In this document: one piece after another, positions 1-13,184 of the stretch
How positions within the stretch are numbered: the stretch's first letter is position 1
Layout: each line of letters begins with the position of its first letter
NCBI RefSeq assembly: GCF_004010195.1
Contig: NC_057759.1
Location: 5,547,725 to 5,609,724 of the forward strand
DNA: 62,000 bases
Direction: 5' to 3'
Source: Chiloscyllium plagiosum
Taxonomy: Eukaryota
Program-made: the position numbers and the translations under genes
Notes under the pieces: model-generated
Databases searched by the model: none
Seen by the model: only the letters and a program-made list of their open reading frames with translations
What the model was told of the DNA's origin: nothing

Positions 1-310
1 TGACAAGCTGAAGGGCTGAGGCTCATTCAGCACTACACTCTGGTTTCCTCTACCTGCCTCACTAAAGTCGCACCCTTCTATCCCTGACCACTGATCGATT
101 TGAGGTAGTTAATCCAAGGGGTGTGACTGCCACCTGAAACAGAGCATCCAGGTAACTCCTGTGCCTCCCTGATGTGTGGCCATGTTCAGACCTCAGATTT
201 CAGCTCAACAATCTGAGCTGGAATCCCTCAACCAACACTTGTTATGGTGGTCGTAGCTATGAACCACAATGGGGTCCACCAGCTTTGAAGACATGCAGTT
301 AAGACACCCC
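1..310 (-). mobile_element. CR1 LINE ORF1 N-terminal remnant
   Basis: Minus strand reads as degenerate '...LVDPIVV...NKCW...ELKSE...HIRE..SYLDALFQVAVTP', resembling the Cys/coiled-coil start of CR1 ORF1; frameshifted. Confidence 0.55.
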
Positions 311-429
311 TCCATTTTTAATGACTTGGTACTTAATTTGATTTTTTAAACATTTCATGCTGAAAGAACATCCACTGTTGTTGGGGAGATTAATTAACCA
401 GGCTCAAGAGGCCAAAATTAAGTAAGTGC

Positions 430-960
430 AGATATCTTGAAAGATTGTGTGGCTGGCAGAGATTAGAGGTGGGAATGATCAGTATCATAGAGGGATTTGA
501 AAAGAACGACGAGAAATTTGTTAAAATGTTGCTTTTCCTCAATTGGTGACCTCTTTAGGTTAGTGAGCTCAGGGTGAGGAGAACAAAACTCAGTGTGAGT
601 GAGCACACGGGCAGCGCGGTGTTGGATGAGCTGAAGATTACAGGGAGGTTGAAAGTGGGAGGTGGATCAGGAGTGTGTTAGGGTCATTCAGTCTCGAGGT
701 TACAAAGGACTGGATGAGATTTCAGCACCTGGAGCTGAGACTTTGTTGGAGTCAGGCCACATTACTGAAATGGTAATAGAACATCACAGTGAGGATGTGG
801 GTCTGTGGTTTAAAGCTAATCTCCAAATGTGATATTCCCTTAATGTTGTGAAGAGCCTGGTTCAGACAGTTACCAGTGGGAGCGATACAGGTGGAGTCAG
901 GAAGTTTTGTAACAGGGACTGAAGCCAGCAAACAAAGGATCAGGCCTTTCAGCTGTTCCA
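430..960 (-). mobile_element. L2-clade LINE ORF2 C-terminal remnant
   Basis: Minus strand around 650-730 reads LIQSFVTSRLNDPNTLLIHLP, matching the L2 motif LIHAFVTSRLDYCNSLLxGLP. Confidence 0.6.
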
Positions 961-1361
961 CTATTGAATGAACTCGTGGCTACTGTGTGGAGTTCAGCCT
1001 TTGGCCCATATCCCTGAATACATTTGTAGAAGAAAAGTATATGTGTCTCAGATTGGAAACTAACAACTTAGTTGATTGATTTCCAAACCTCTTCGACCCT
1101 TTTCATATCGAAGTCATTCCTCACATCTTTCTCGAACAGACTCTGCTCCCACGTTCTTGATTAAATTGGAGAAAGTTTCTATTCATTCAGCACTGGATGT
1201 TGGGACGTTGTGCGAGTTGGACGGAGCTTCAAGGGAGTGTTGTCACATATGCCTGCTCTGCGGTCCTTCATGGTGGTGGAAGTGGCTGTTTTGGGAAGTT
1301 ATGCTCAAGGTATGGTTGAGCAGTTGGTCGATAAAACCCCTCTCATTCTCCTTCTAGTACT

Positions 1362-2425
1362 GTGGAATATAACGTGGGAAAATATATTGGGCGGCACAGT
1401 AGCTCAGTGGTTAGCACTGCTGCCTCACAGCACCAGGATCCCAGGTTCGATTCCAGCCTCAGGTCACCGTCTGTGTGGAGGTTGCACATTATCCCCAAAA
1501 CTGCATGGATTTCCTCCGGGTGCTCCGGCTTCCTCCCACAGTCACAAAGATGTGCAGGCCAGGTAAATTGGCCATGGTAAATTGCCCGTAGTGTTAGGTG
1601 CATTAGTCAGAGAGAAGTGGGTCTGGGTGGTTACTCTTCAGAGGGTCAGTGTGGACTGGTTGGGCCAAAGGGCCTGTTTGCACACTGTAGGGAATTTAAT
1701 CTAATATGCGTTTCGGCAGGAAGAGTAGGAGAGGTGAATATTATTTAATGAGGGAAAACTGCAGCGCAGAGAACTTTGGGTCCTTCTGCTTGAAAGATGA
1801 AAAACTAGCATCCGGGTTCAGTGAGTACCCAGGAAAGGAAATGGTCAGTTGGCTTTTATTTAAAGGGAATGGGGAGAAAAAAAATGGAAGTTTTGGTAAA
1901 ACTGTTCAAGAGATGGGTCAGATCACACTTGGAATACTGAGTTGCTTTTGTCCCTTGTTTTGGAAAAGGCAGTCCATAGAGTATTCAGGAGATTGATCCT
2001 GGATATGGGAGAAATTTCTCAGGAAATCAGTTTGAGCAGACTGCTTCTGTACTCATTGGAGTTCAGAAGAATGAGACAAGACCTTATGGAAAGATTCTGA
2101 GGGGTTTGACATTGTGGATTCAGGGAGATTGTTATTACTTGTTTGAGAGTTGAGGACATAATCTCAGAGTAAGGAATCACCTGTTTAAAATGGATCTGGA
2201 GGAATTCCTGCTGTTAGAGTACAGAATACTGCAGTGGCGGCTGTGCTGCTCAGTGTGTCCAAGGCTGAGATAAATAGATTTTTAATTAGGAAGGGATTCA
2301 ATGGTGGGGGCATAAGGCAGGAAAATTGAGCTGAGGATTATTGGATCAGTTCTGATCTCACTGAATGGTGAGAGCAGACTTGCTGGGTTGAGTTACCTAC
2401 TTCTGCTCTTACATCTGATGGTTTT
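1362..2425 (+). mobile_element. CR1 LINE 3' fragment interrupted by a SINE
   Basis: MEYNVGK... resumes after the SINE as ...RFGRKSR (CR1 FNVxKCxVxHFGRKN motif); ends in a CR1-like 3' UTR (cctacttctgctctt). Confidence 0.75.
1389..1705 (+). mobile_element. HE1-type tRNA-derived V-SINE
   Basis: GGGCGGCACAGTAGCTCAGTGG A-box, GGTTCGATTCC B-box, V-domain TTTCCTCCGGGTGCTCCGGCTTCCTCCCACAGTC, LINE-derived tail GGGCCAAAGGGCCTGTTT and AATCT repeats. Confidence 0.9.
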
Positions 2426-2485
2426 AAATATTTTCTTTTTTAGCTTCTCACTAGTTTTGCTTTTTGTTTTCAATGAACTTCACAG

Positions 2486-3110
2486 GTAATTAGATGATGA
2501 TTTGCAATGAGGAGACTTAAAACCAGGCACCACTTCCCAAGCTGCCGAGTTTATTGCCGCCTGAATATCATTGGGTTTTGAAGTAAAAAAAAAAGCACCG
2601 CTCACAGTGGGGGAGAAACCGTACATGTGTTGTACATGTGGACAAGTCTTCAGCAGATCACTGCCCGTCACGATATAAATACAGCCACACTGGGGAAAGG
2701 CCATTCATCTGTTCCAAGGGTGGGAAAGGATTCACTCGATCATCCACCTTGCTGAAACCCGAGCAAGTTCACACAGAGGACAGACCTTTGAAATGCTCAG
2801 AATGTGGGAGGTGTTTTAAAAACTCTGGGGCATGATATCCCAACAAGATCTTCACAGTGACGAAAGACCCTTCATGTGCTCTCACTGTGGGTGTGGGTTC
2901 AAGCCATCACCCAACCTCATTCAACACCAGCGGATCCACACTGGGGAGAGACCATTCACCTGCTCACACGACGGGAAAGGATTTTCTCATAAATCCAACC
3001 AGTTAAAACACCAGCGATCTCTCGGAAGGTAGAGGCTGTTCTGCTGTACTGACTGTGAGAAGAGAATCATTGTGAAATCCAAGCTGCTGAAACACCAGTG
3101 AATTCATGAG
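2486..3110 (+). pseudogene. Kruppel-type C2H2 zinc-finger array exon, degraded
   Basis: About 6 fingers with linkers (HSGEKPY, HTGERPF twice, [14 protein letters not shown]) spread over several frames; stops and lost Cys/His ligands; candidate acceptor ttcacag at 2485. Confidence 0.85.
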
Positions 3111-4299
3111 AAATGACAGTGCCTGGTTTTTACTGTGAATATCTCCCTGCTTCATAGTCTCAGCCAGAAGATTTTGTTTCAATTCCCACCTGATATGGAG
3201 CTATGTCAAAGAACTTAATTAGTTTTGTAATTGATAACTGAATGATATCCACTGGGGCAGGTTTCTACTGAAGTTAATGAACTCTAGCTCAGTTAAAGGG
3301 ATGACTGTTCTGGATGACAGTGAAATAAATGCACTTTGTGTTAAACACACTGTAACAAACCTATTTCTAATTTCTAAGTGCTCATTGAAGTGATCTCCCT
3401 CTGACTGTGTTATGGAAGAATCACTCAATGTTTTATAAAAAATACCAGGAGACACAGAAAATCCTTCACAAAATTAAACTTTAATCTTGCAAAATCAAAG
3501 CTGTGGGAGCTAGAGAAATGTCTTCCCTGGCTCCCCACAGGCTTTGTTCTACTGCAACTTATACAGTTGTTCTTCCCGCACTTATCGGATAACATTAGCA
3601 TAACCAATGATGCTGGCTTGCTTTATCTTTCTAAACTAATCACCGTCTGCCACACTGGTTCCCTCCATCACATTACAACCACATTGTTTTCAGCATTAGC
3701 TCATCTACCAGTGATTCGGCTAACCTATCACAATGCACTATCATTATCTGTTACTGGAGCCCTGTAATATGATACCAGGCATGCATTGCAACACTAAGAT
3801 AACTACATAACTGCCAGAGTAACTTCCATAACTGAAGGAGTTGGAATTTACTGTTGATCACATCCAGCACCCAATTTGATTCATTGTAGTCTTTCTCAAG
3901 TGACCGTGTGGAAATTTTAGCCTGGTTACAGGTGTTAATAAAAGGATAAAAAGTCAATTATATCAAATTTGTGGTGAACACCCAACTTGCTAACACTTTC
4001 TAATATCCTTCGCACTTCCTTTTGAAAAGTTTCTCTTTCTCTCTCCTCCATCTTGTGAGGAGCTCATGCAACTGCTTTGTCATTCAGATTGAGATAATCT
4101 GAGCAGCTGTCTCTTCCATGTCCCTCCTTTCCCTGAAACTGTCTCTGAAGTTCCACTTTGTCAGAGTCCTGAATACTCAACTTCCTCCAGCTCCTCTCCT
4201 ACCTGGGCTCCTCGTGTTCATGAGAACTAACTTCTTGTCTCTCAATTTTCCCACTCAATTGTCGAGCATCCAACCTCCTCCCATTCACTGATATTGGTA

Positions 4300-4620
4300 A
4301 CAGTTCTTGCTCTCGTCAGGTAAGGTCCCTGTCATTTGAATTCCACCATTATCGTCCATCCAGTGAAAACAAACATGGCCTCGTTTCCAAATTCCCTTTC
4401 CTTTCCAAAAAACTAGAACTTGGTAACCCCCAAGGGAGGAGCCTAGCCCTGGCTCCTGCTATTCTCAACCACACGACACCATGAGGTGAGCTCATCCAAA
4501 GGCATGGCATTAGTTTTCACACATCTGCTGACATTACCCAATTCTACCTCATCAGACAACCCAATGTCTCCATTATTCCACTGTTGCTAAATTATCAGAG
4601 AGTGTATTCCACAGCACTGG
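4300..4620 (+). mobile_element. L2-clade LINE RT remnant
   Basis: Around 4495-4550 reads IQRHGISFHTSADITQFYL (cf. HGISFHxYADDTQLYL), preceded by a PQG-like motif. Confidence 0.65.
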
Positions 4621-4629
4621 ATGTTTTAT

Positions 4630-4942
4630 TGATTTGTTGAGTCACAGGATGTGGGCATCACTCACTCATCCAGGGCAGTTAAGAGCCAACCACATTGCTG
4701 TGGATCTAGAATCATGTACAGCAAACTGGGTATGGACAGGATTTCCTTCCTTTCAAGGACTTCAGTGTACTAAGTGGGATTATCCAACAATAAACCAGGT
4801 CATCATTAGTCTTTTAATTCCAGATTTTCATTGAATTCAAATTCCATCATCTGTCATAGTGGACATCAAAACCAGATCCCACAAACATTACCTGGATCCC
4901 TAGTTTAATAGTCTGCCGATAATCCACTAAGCTACTGCTTCT
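4630..4942 (-). mobile_element. tRNA-derived SINE (second family)
   Basis: Minus strand begins with a tRNA-like head (GCAGTAGCTTAGTGG...GGTTTTGATGTCC); a related copy lies on + at ~28925-29440, split by a CR1 piece. Confidence 0.55.
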
Positions 4943-5534
4943 ATGAGCAGAAATTTGCTCCAGTTAAAAATTGCAAAATCCCTCTTGATCAATGTAATAT
5001 CTAGTCCATAACTCTGTGATATCCGCACATTGGGCTGTGTTTCGCCCTGCCCCTGTTACCTGCACTTCCTCACTGAGTTAGCTGCATTCCACTCATTCTG
5101 CCCACTTTAGCATCTCTGATTGTCATTGCTCCATTTATAGCAATGACGTTCTGATATTCCATCCCTCAACCAGTCTGCCTCTCTCCTTGTTAATATTTGT
5201 TCAAAACTTGCCCTGCAATCAAAATTTTCGTCATTCAAGGGAATACCATCCAATGTTTATTTTGCAGACTCTCCTGAAGGATGTTGAGATGTTCTCTTCC
5301 ATAAAACATGTTCCATGTGACTGATCTTCTTTTATAGTGTTAGGCCAGAGATTGCTTGTGTGTCTGAGGAGTCTGAAATGGTGCTACGTATTGTGTAATC
5401 AGAGTACAAACTTGGACTTTCATTCAATCGTAAAGTCATTGAGGCAGCTCAGAGCGATTGGGCCGAAGATACTAACCTGAGAAACTCCTGCAGTGGTGTT
5501 CTCGGTTTGGGATGATTGACCACTAAGAATTACA

Positions 5535-7060
5535 AACATAAGAATCTGGAGTAAGAGTTGGCCATCTGGCCCTTTGAGCCTGCTCTGCCATTCAAGAAGA
5601 TCACGGCTGATCTTTTCCCAGCTTCAGCTCTACTTTCCCAGCCTCTCACCATAACCCTGAATTCCTTTACTCTTCCAAACATTATCTTAGCTTTAAAAAC
5701 ATTCAATGAGGAAACCTCAACTGCTTCACTGGGCAGGGAATTCTACAAATTCACAACCCTCTGAGAAGGAACTTCTTCACCCTAAATCACCCTTCAGTCC
5801 TAAATCTACTCCCCCTAATTTTGAGTCAATGCCCTCTTGTTCGAGGTTCACCCACCAGTGGCAACTTTCTTCCTGCTTCAATCTCATCTATTCCATTCAT
5901 AATTTTATATGTCTCTGTAAGATTCATTCCCCACCAACCTTCTAAATTCCAATGATTATAATCCCAGCCTACTCAGTCTCTCCTCTTAAAGCAACCCCCT
6001 CAACTCAAGAACCTAGTGAGCCTCCTCTGCACCCTGTTTAGTGCCAGTACCTCCTTTCTCAAGTAAGGAGACCAAAACTGCACACAGTACTCTAGATGTG
6101 ACCTCACCAACACCCTATATAGCCACAACATATCCTCCCCGGTTTTAAACTCAATCCCTCCACCAATAAAGGACAATATTCCATTGGTCTTAGTATTTAC
6201 CTGTTGCATCCGCAGACCAGCCTTCTGCGATTTATGCTCAAGGAAACCCAAGTCCCATTGCACAGTAGCTTACTGCAAATTTTTACTGTTCAAATAATAG
6301 ACCATTTTACTATTATTGCTACTAAAATGGATGTCTTCACATTTACCAACATTGTACTCCATCTGCCAGATCTTCACCCACACACTTGTACATATGCCTC
6401 TAAACGTTTGTCATCTGCAAACTTTAACACACATGTGGTCCCCAACTCCACACCTTCTGTGTAAATTGTAAACAATTGTGGTCCTAACACTGATCCCTGA
6501 TTCACACCACTAGTCATTGATTGCCAACCAGAAAAGCATCCAAATTTCCCCACTCCTGTCAGTTAACCAACCCTCTGTCCATGCTAATCGATTGCCTGTA
6601 ACGCCGTGCACCTTCATCTTATGCAGCAACCTTTTGCACAGCACCTTGTGGAATGCCTTTTGGAAATCGAGATGTATCACATCACTTGGTCCACATTGTT
6701 CAGCGTACTTATAAAGTCTTCATAGTATTCTAGAAGATTAATTAAGCATGACCTGCTGTGCCTGGCGATTGGGACAATTTCTATTGAGATGCCTTGCTAT
6801 TTCTTCCTTGATAATAGACTTGAGCATCTTGCCACTACATATGTTAAGCTAACTGGCCTATAATTCCCCATTTGTTTTCTCTACCTCCCTTCTTAAACAG
6901 TGGCATCACATTTGCTGTTTTCCAATCTGCAAAACTGACCCAGACTCCAGCTAAGTTTAGAAAATTACCAAGAGCGCCATCTCTTTTAGTCCTCTCGGAT
7001 GCAATCCGTTAGGGCCAGGAGACTTTTCTACCCTTATATCTGTTAGTTTGTCCAATTTCT
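5535..7060 (-). mobile_element. CR1 LINE ORF2 3' half, degraded
   Basis: ORF 6000-6263 LYRVLVRSHLEYCVQFWSPYLRK; RT motifs on the minus strand; CR1 3' UTR at the left end. Confidence 0.9.
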
Positions 7061-9096
7061 AGGTCCTCACTGCAACAGGCTGGAGAAGATATGGCGGGGC
7101 ACCTGGCTGATAGCCACAGGTGAGGTCACAGAAGAGTGGAGGGTGGCAAAGGTATCATTATTCAAGAATGTTGCAAAGAAAAACCTGGGAACTACAGACC
7201 ATTAAGCCTTAATCTGTCTTAGGTAAATTACTTGAAGGTTCTGAGAGATATGATTTACATGCAATTGGAAAGATCAGGTTTGATATGGAATGGTCAGCAT
7301 AGATTTGTGAGTGTGTGAGGTCTTGTATTTTGGAAAGACAAATCAAGGTAGGAGTTTCATGGTGAATCATAAAGTATAAGGAGTATAGTGGAACAGAGGG
7401 AACTTGGAGTTCAAGTTCACAGTTCTGTCAAAGTGGAGTAATAGGAAGTTGGAAGAATTGAAAAAGGCAAGTTATCGTTTGAATAGGAGAGAAAGTTCAA
7501 AATGTCAGTGCAAAGGTTACAGCAGGTCACAAGGAAGACATTTATTGCAAAAGGAATTGAGTAGGGAAGTAGGTAATTGTTGCTGCAACTGTACAAGGGA
7601 TTGGGGTTTCCACATCCGGAGTACTGCGGACAGTTTTGGTCCCATTCCCTGAGGAGGGATGTAGTTGAGTTGGAGGGAGTTCAAAGGAGATCACTGAATT
7701 GATTGCCAAGATGAAAAGGTTATTCATATGAGAAGAGACTGGTACAATTTTGATCTCTCAAGGACAGAGGCAGTTCAGAAGAGTTTCACCCAATCATTTC
7801 CAGCGATGAAGAGTTTGCCTTAGATGAGAGATTGAGCGGTTTCTCTGGAGTTTGGAAGAGAAGAAAACTAACTGAGGGCTATAAGGTGATAAAGGGGGTA
7901 TTGACAAAGGAGATGAAGAGAGGATGTTTGCTCTTGTGGGAGAATCTAGAATGAGAGGTTATCGGTTCAGGATAAGGAGCTGGACAGATTGAAAATAGAG
8001 ATAAGGAGGAATGAATTCTCTCAAATGAGGAAGGGGTTGTAAATCTGTGGGATCACTACCCCCACACTGCATAAATTGGAGGAGGAGACAGACAGATTGT
8101 TAATCAGTGATGGGTCAAAGGGAGTGTTTGCAGGAAAGTGGAGAAGAGATGGAGAAGGAGAGTCCTTCATGGTAACCTCAACCAGTGAGAAATTCAAACC
8201 CACGCTGTCAATCTTTCTCCAAATTTCAAACCTGCCATCCAGCCAAATAAGCTAGCCCAACACAAAGCAAAGGGCAGAAAAGCAATTAATTCTGGTGACA
8301 GCACAAGTATTGAATGGAGAATAGTAGATCATGTTGGAGATAAACCTTTGATCTGTTGGGTTTTTCTTTGTAAGTGTATAACACCTTACCATCACCGGCA
8401 ACAGAAGCTGAATTTAGAAATACATTTGACAAAAGGGAGTTAGCACTCTATTACCCAGGCTGGTTTTGTTCTGTTCTGGACACCTTATTTAAGGAAGGCT
8501 GTTCAGATCCTTCAGACAGTGTGAAGGAGATGTATGGAAATTATACCAACGATGAGGGATTTTAGATACAGGGAAAGGTTCAGGAGATTGAGCTTATTCT
8601 CTTTCGAGCAGAGAAGATGAAGTGGTGACTTTATTGAGGTGTTGAAAATTTGAACAATTCTGACGGGAAAGCAAGTTATTGTTTCCCATTCATTGGTTTA
8701 TCTGTAACTGGCTAGAAAGAATTTCAAGATTGTCAGTGAGAGTGTGAGATGAGGAGAAGCTTATTGGGTTGTTGAGTTCAGAACGTGCTGCTTGGGAGGC
8801 AAATTCCATAGGAGATTCGAAAAGAGAGCTGGATATAAATTTGAAAGGGATGATGTTAGAGGGCCACAGAGATAGGGCTCGAGAGTGGGACTAGCTGGGT
8901 AGCTCTTTCAGGAGCTGGTACAGACAAGAGTGGCCTCCTTCCATACAGTAAAAGTTTGTGATTCTATGAACATAAAAGTTCTGAACCAGATTCTGGACAA
9001 TTCCAGGAGGTCATTCCTTGGAACCTTGGCGCAGTGATCTTGTTGCCAGGGATTTTTGCACATGAACAGCAGCAAATTGTTGTCACAAGCGGGATT

Positions 9097-9178
9097 GGAA
9101 ATCGAGCTGAGGGCATGAGTGAGGACAGACCTGCAAGAAATTTCGAATATGCAGAGATCGGGTCAAGTCTATTGAATG
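9097..9178 (+). pseudogene. Receptor cytoplasmic-tail exon A, copy 1 (acceptor deleted)
   Basis: Reads GNRAEGMSEDRPARNFEYAEIGSSLLN then GTGACT; the paralog at 17488-17580 has full splice sites. Confidence 0.55.
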
Positions 9179-9339
9179 GTGACTGTGAATCTGTGAGCTG
9201 CTGATCCTACATCATCACATATTGGTCAGCGTTCATGCTGGTATTCATCTGATTGGGAAGATCAACAAAAACAAACCTCTGGAAGCGTTGGAAGGAAGTT
9301 TGGGTTGTTTCCTCAACAACAGAGAAGTTTGGTGGTGGA

Positions 9340-10090
9340 GGGGTCACGATAGAGGTCTGTAAGATCGGTAGTATTGTACAGCAGAGAGACCTAAGGGTTC
9401 AGGTACATAATTATTTGGGGTTCGTGTCACAAGTAGACAACGTGTTTCAGAAAGTGTTTAGAACACTTGCCTTCATTGCTCAGCCCATTGAGTGTTGGAG
9501 TTCGGACACCATGTTGTGGTTGTACAGGACACTGGTGAAGCCTGTTCTGGTGTATTGTGTCAAGTTCTGGTTGCCCTGTTAAGGGAAGGAAATTATTAAG
9601 CTGGAGAGGGTTCAGAAAAGATATATCAGTATGTCATTAGGAATGGAGTGACTGAGTTATAAAGAGAGGCTGGATGTGTTGGGACTATTTTAACCAGACC
9701 ATAGAAGTTTGAGGGGTATGGAGGTTTATGAAATCATGATGGGCATAGATGAGGTGAATGGCAGGTATCTTTTCCCAAAGGTGGGGGACTTCAAGATCAG
9801 TGGACATTTTTTCAGGTGAGAGGAAAACCATTTTTAAAAACGAAATGATGGGCAACTTTTTTTTATGGCTAGTGGTTCAAATGGGGATTTAACTTCCAGA
9901 TGAAGTGGCGGATACAAGGACAGTTACCATGTTTAAAAGACATTTAGAGAAGTACAAGAATAGGAAAGGTTTGGAAAGATATGGGCCAAGTGCAAACAAG
10001 TGGGACTAGTTTAGGTTGAGATTATGGACGGCTTGGACTAGTTGGACTGAAGGGTCTGTTTACTTGCTGTATGACTCTACGATGCTATAA
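9340..10090 (+). mobile_element. CR1 LINE 3' fragment (HER1-like tail)
   Basis: LYRTLVKPVLVYCVKFWLP motif; tail GGACTGAAGGGTCTGTT...CTGTATGACTCTA is shared in form with the HE1 SINE tails. Confidence 0.85.
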
Positions 10091-10359
10091 TGAGGGACAT
10101 TAGCAGGGGGACAGGAAGCAGCTGTTCCCCTTAGTCAAAGGGTCAGTAACAAGGAGGGACGTCATTTTAAAGTGAATGGAAAGAGGATTTGAGAGCGATT
10201 TGAGGATTGTTTCACCCACAGAATGGTGGGGATCCTAAATGTGTGAAAATAAAATATTTGGACTTTCAGTTTCTATTTGAAATCACTAATTGCTCCGGTG
10301 TGTGGAAATGCCACTTGGTAACTGCAGGGGATTCCATGATTTATTAATGTGGAATATTC

Positions 10360-10980
10360 ATATAAAGGAGCTGGAGGAAGCCATTCAGCCCCTTGATCCT
10401 GTTCCACCATTCAATGGCAGATCTGTGACCTGACTCCATAGACCTGCCTGTGGACTCTATCCCCTTTAATAACTTTGCTGAACAACAAAAAAAAAATTCT
10501 CTCTCAGATTTAAAACCAACTGATGCAGTAATGCCTGCTGTTTGTGGAAGAGAGTTCCAAACCTCTCCCAGCCTTTGTGCGTAGCAATACTTCCTAACAT
10601 CTCTCCTGAACAGTCTGGCCCTAATTCTCCAGCCAGGCCCTCCCTAGTTAAAGGATCCCCAACCAGTGGAAACGCTTTCAATTTCTATACCCTGTCTTCT
10701 CCTGTTAATATCTTCGATCAGATCATCCCTAAACCCTGTAAATTCTGGACACAACAGGCTTAATTTGTGTAATCTCACCTCATAACTTAACCCCTGAAGC
10801 CCAGGTATCAATCTTGTAAACTCACGCTGTACTCCCAGGCCAATCTATCCTTCCTCAGGTGTGGTGCCCAGATCTGCTCCAAGTGGGGTCTAACCAGGGT
10901 TTTGTATAACTGCAGCATCCCTTCTGCATCCCTGTACTCCAGTCCTCTCGATATAAAGGCCAGCATTCCATTAGCTTTCT
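10360..10980 (-). mobile_element. CR1 LINE 3' fragment
   Basis: Reverse-complement CR1 3' UTR and LYKTLVRPHLE-like coding; paralog at ~18060-18680. Confidence 0.8.
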
Positions 10981-11117
10981 TCAGGCAATTAATGTCAGAG
11001 ATGAAAAGAAATGCAGAAATTGTTGGAGAAACTCAGCAGGGACAGATATTATTTGTCACCTGGGGACTGTCTGACTACGTTGAAAACAACTTTCCATCTT
11101 TTCTTTTGACCCTTTAG

Positions 11118-11159
11118 TTTTGAGCTGTGCTGGAGCCATGTACTCTTCAGTGAAGAACA
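11118..11159 (+). pseudogene. Receptor tail exon B, copy 1 (runs into assembly gap)
   Basis: Polypyrimidine tract cttttcttttgaccctttAG, then phase-1 LSCAGAMYSSVKN; the paralog at ~18815-18860 reads AGAV*CSIKNTG with no AG. Confidence 0.5.
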
Positions 11160-11459
11160 NNNNNNNNNNNNNNNNNNNNNNNNNNNNNNNNNNNNNNNNN
11201 NNNNNNNNNNNNNNNNNNGGGGGGGGGGGGGGGTACTTTGAGAATTATTACTAAACGGCAGAAAATCAAAGGCTTTCCGTATATCTGAGGGAGGCTGTGT
11301 GCGATGGGTGTGAAGGAACTTGGAATTCGTAGGGTACACCCTGGGATCCATCTGAGGAAGATAGAACAATATTGATTCTTCATGATTTTATTCCTTTATT
11401 CCTTACAGGGATATGTATGGTCAGAGTCTTCCCTGATTGAGCCATTCCAAGTATCTCAG

Positions 11460-11975
11460 TCTCAAGTCAGGAGTGTGATGGAATGCTCCCTACTTGCCTG
11501 GATGGTTGCAGCTCCAACAATATTCGAAAAGCTCAACATCGAGGGAAAAAGCAGTCCCCACTTAATTGGAACCACAACCACAAGCATCTACTCCCTCTAC
11601 TACCTATGCTCAGTAGCAGCAATACTAAGATGTACTGCAAAAATACAGCAAAGATCCTCAGGCAACATCATCAAAACCCATGACCACTTCCATCTAGAAG
11701 GACAAGTGCAGCAGATATTTGGGAACACACCCTCCACAAGTTCCCCTTTGGGCCACTCAGTGTCCTGACTTGGATATATGTCACTGTTCCTCTGGTGTCA
11801 TTGGGTCAAAATCCTGGAATTCCCTCCCTCAAGGCAGTGCGTGTCTACCTACAGTGCATGGACTGCAGCAGTTCAAGAAAGCACCTTCTCAAGTAGGGAA
11901 CTAAGGATGAGTTGGGCAATAAACACAGGGTTCAGTGGGTGTTGCCCATTGTCATGAGTGATTAATAATAAAAAA
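11460..11975 (+). mobile_element. LINE 3' end (CR1/L2-related family)
   Basis: QVRSVMECSLLAWM motif and A-rich tail after GGGCAATAAA; further copies at ~14280-14700 and ~19140-19685. Confidence 0.75.
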
Positions 11976-12276
11976 AGGTTGTAAATTACCCCGGGGCCTT
12001 CACCTTCCATATGTGAGCTTGTTCTGGGAGGGTAGGCACAGACTTTGTAGTGAATGTTGATGCAAAATATACATTCAATGTTATTGAGTCACCTGGTTCG
12101 TGAACTGCTTTGAAAATGTTGCTATATGGCCAAGAGATTAGGTTTATATTACTGTTGGGTTGGAGCTGTGACCTTAATTATAAGTCCATATTTAACTTTG
12201 AGGCATCATTTGCTGTTTTTTTAACATTCTGATCTCTAATCTTTTGGTCACTTTGCTTATTGTTTTTTGATTATAG

Positions 12277-12342
12277 ATGACTCCGAAACAGATAGCCCTT
12301 TGGTGTACTCAGTTTTCACCATCTCAAAACCAAGAAAGGCTG
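12277..12342 (+). pseudogene. Receptor tail exon C, copy 1 (66 nt, phase 1-1)
   Basis: ttttttgattatAG / GTAAAG; reads DSETDSPLVYSVFTISKPRKA. Confidence 0.65.
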
Positions 12343-13184
12343 GTAAAGAATATAATAGATATACACTTTATAACATTTCTGGTTCAGTGAAAGTGGAGAT
12401 TTTCTTTGGTTTATCTTAACCCTCAAAAACCTAGCCACTTTCAAACATCGCTAGTGTTNNNNNNNNNNNNNNNNNNNNNNNNNNNNNNNNNNNNNNNNNN
12501 NNNNNNNNNNNNNNNNNNNNNNNNNNNNNNNNNNNNNNNNNNNNNNNNNNNNNNNNNNNNNNNNNNNNNNNNNNNNNNNNNNNNNNNNNNNNNNNNNNNN
12601 NNNNNNNNNNNNNNNNNNNNNNNNNNNNNNNNNNNNNNNNNNNNNNNNNNNNNNNNNNNNNNNNNNNNNNNNNNNNNNNNNNNNNNNNNNNNNNNNNNNN
12701 NNNNNNNNNNNNNNNNNNNNNNNNNNNNNNNNNNNNNNNNNNNNNNNNNNNNNNNNNNNNNNNNNNNNNNNNNNNNNNNNNNNNNNNNNNNNNNNNNNNN
12801 NNNNNNNNNNNNNNNNNNNNNNNNNNNNNNNNNNNNNNNNNNNNNNNNNNNNNNNNNNNNNNNNNNNNNNNNNNNNNNNNNNNNNNNNNNNNNNNNNNNN
12901 NNNNNNNNNNNNNNNNNNNNNNNNNNNNNNNNNNNNNNNNNNNNNNNNNNNNNNNNNNCCTTGTTGCGATCAACAATATTTAATGTGACCAGGAATTTCA
13001 TCAACTTCACAGAGCCAGGTAATTCATTCTTCATCTTTGATCTGTGCTCGCTCTTCACTGGGGTCCAGCTGAAGTCTTGACAGGAACACTCTTAAAAACT
13101 TACTTCAGAAACTCAGCAGCTCAGCAGCATCTGTGGGGGGAAGGGAGAGAAAGAGTAATATCCTTTCTCAGATAAGGGAGGCCT

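Larger units (their letters stand above)
7448..12456. repeat. Segmental duplication, copy 1 (~5 kb)
   Basis: Colinear with 15228-20154 from GTTGGAAGAATTGAAAAAGGCAA to AAACCTAGCCA...GCTAGTG; shares both unique sequence and the same nested CR1/SINE/LINE fragments, with copy-specific deletions. Confidence 0.92.

Noticed and set aside
1389..1460. tRNA gene
   Set aside because: The A/B boxes belong to a SINE head; it continues into the V-domain and LINE tail.
11262..11450. Two further possible micro-exons (11262-~11307 and from 11409) in the duplicated unit
   Set aside because: Weak or lost splice sites in the paralog and no clear motif; cannot be supported.
12406..13080. Long ORFs across 12.4-13.1 kb, 23.9-24.7 kb and 46.0 kb
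   Set aside because: Artefacts of N runs.
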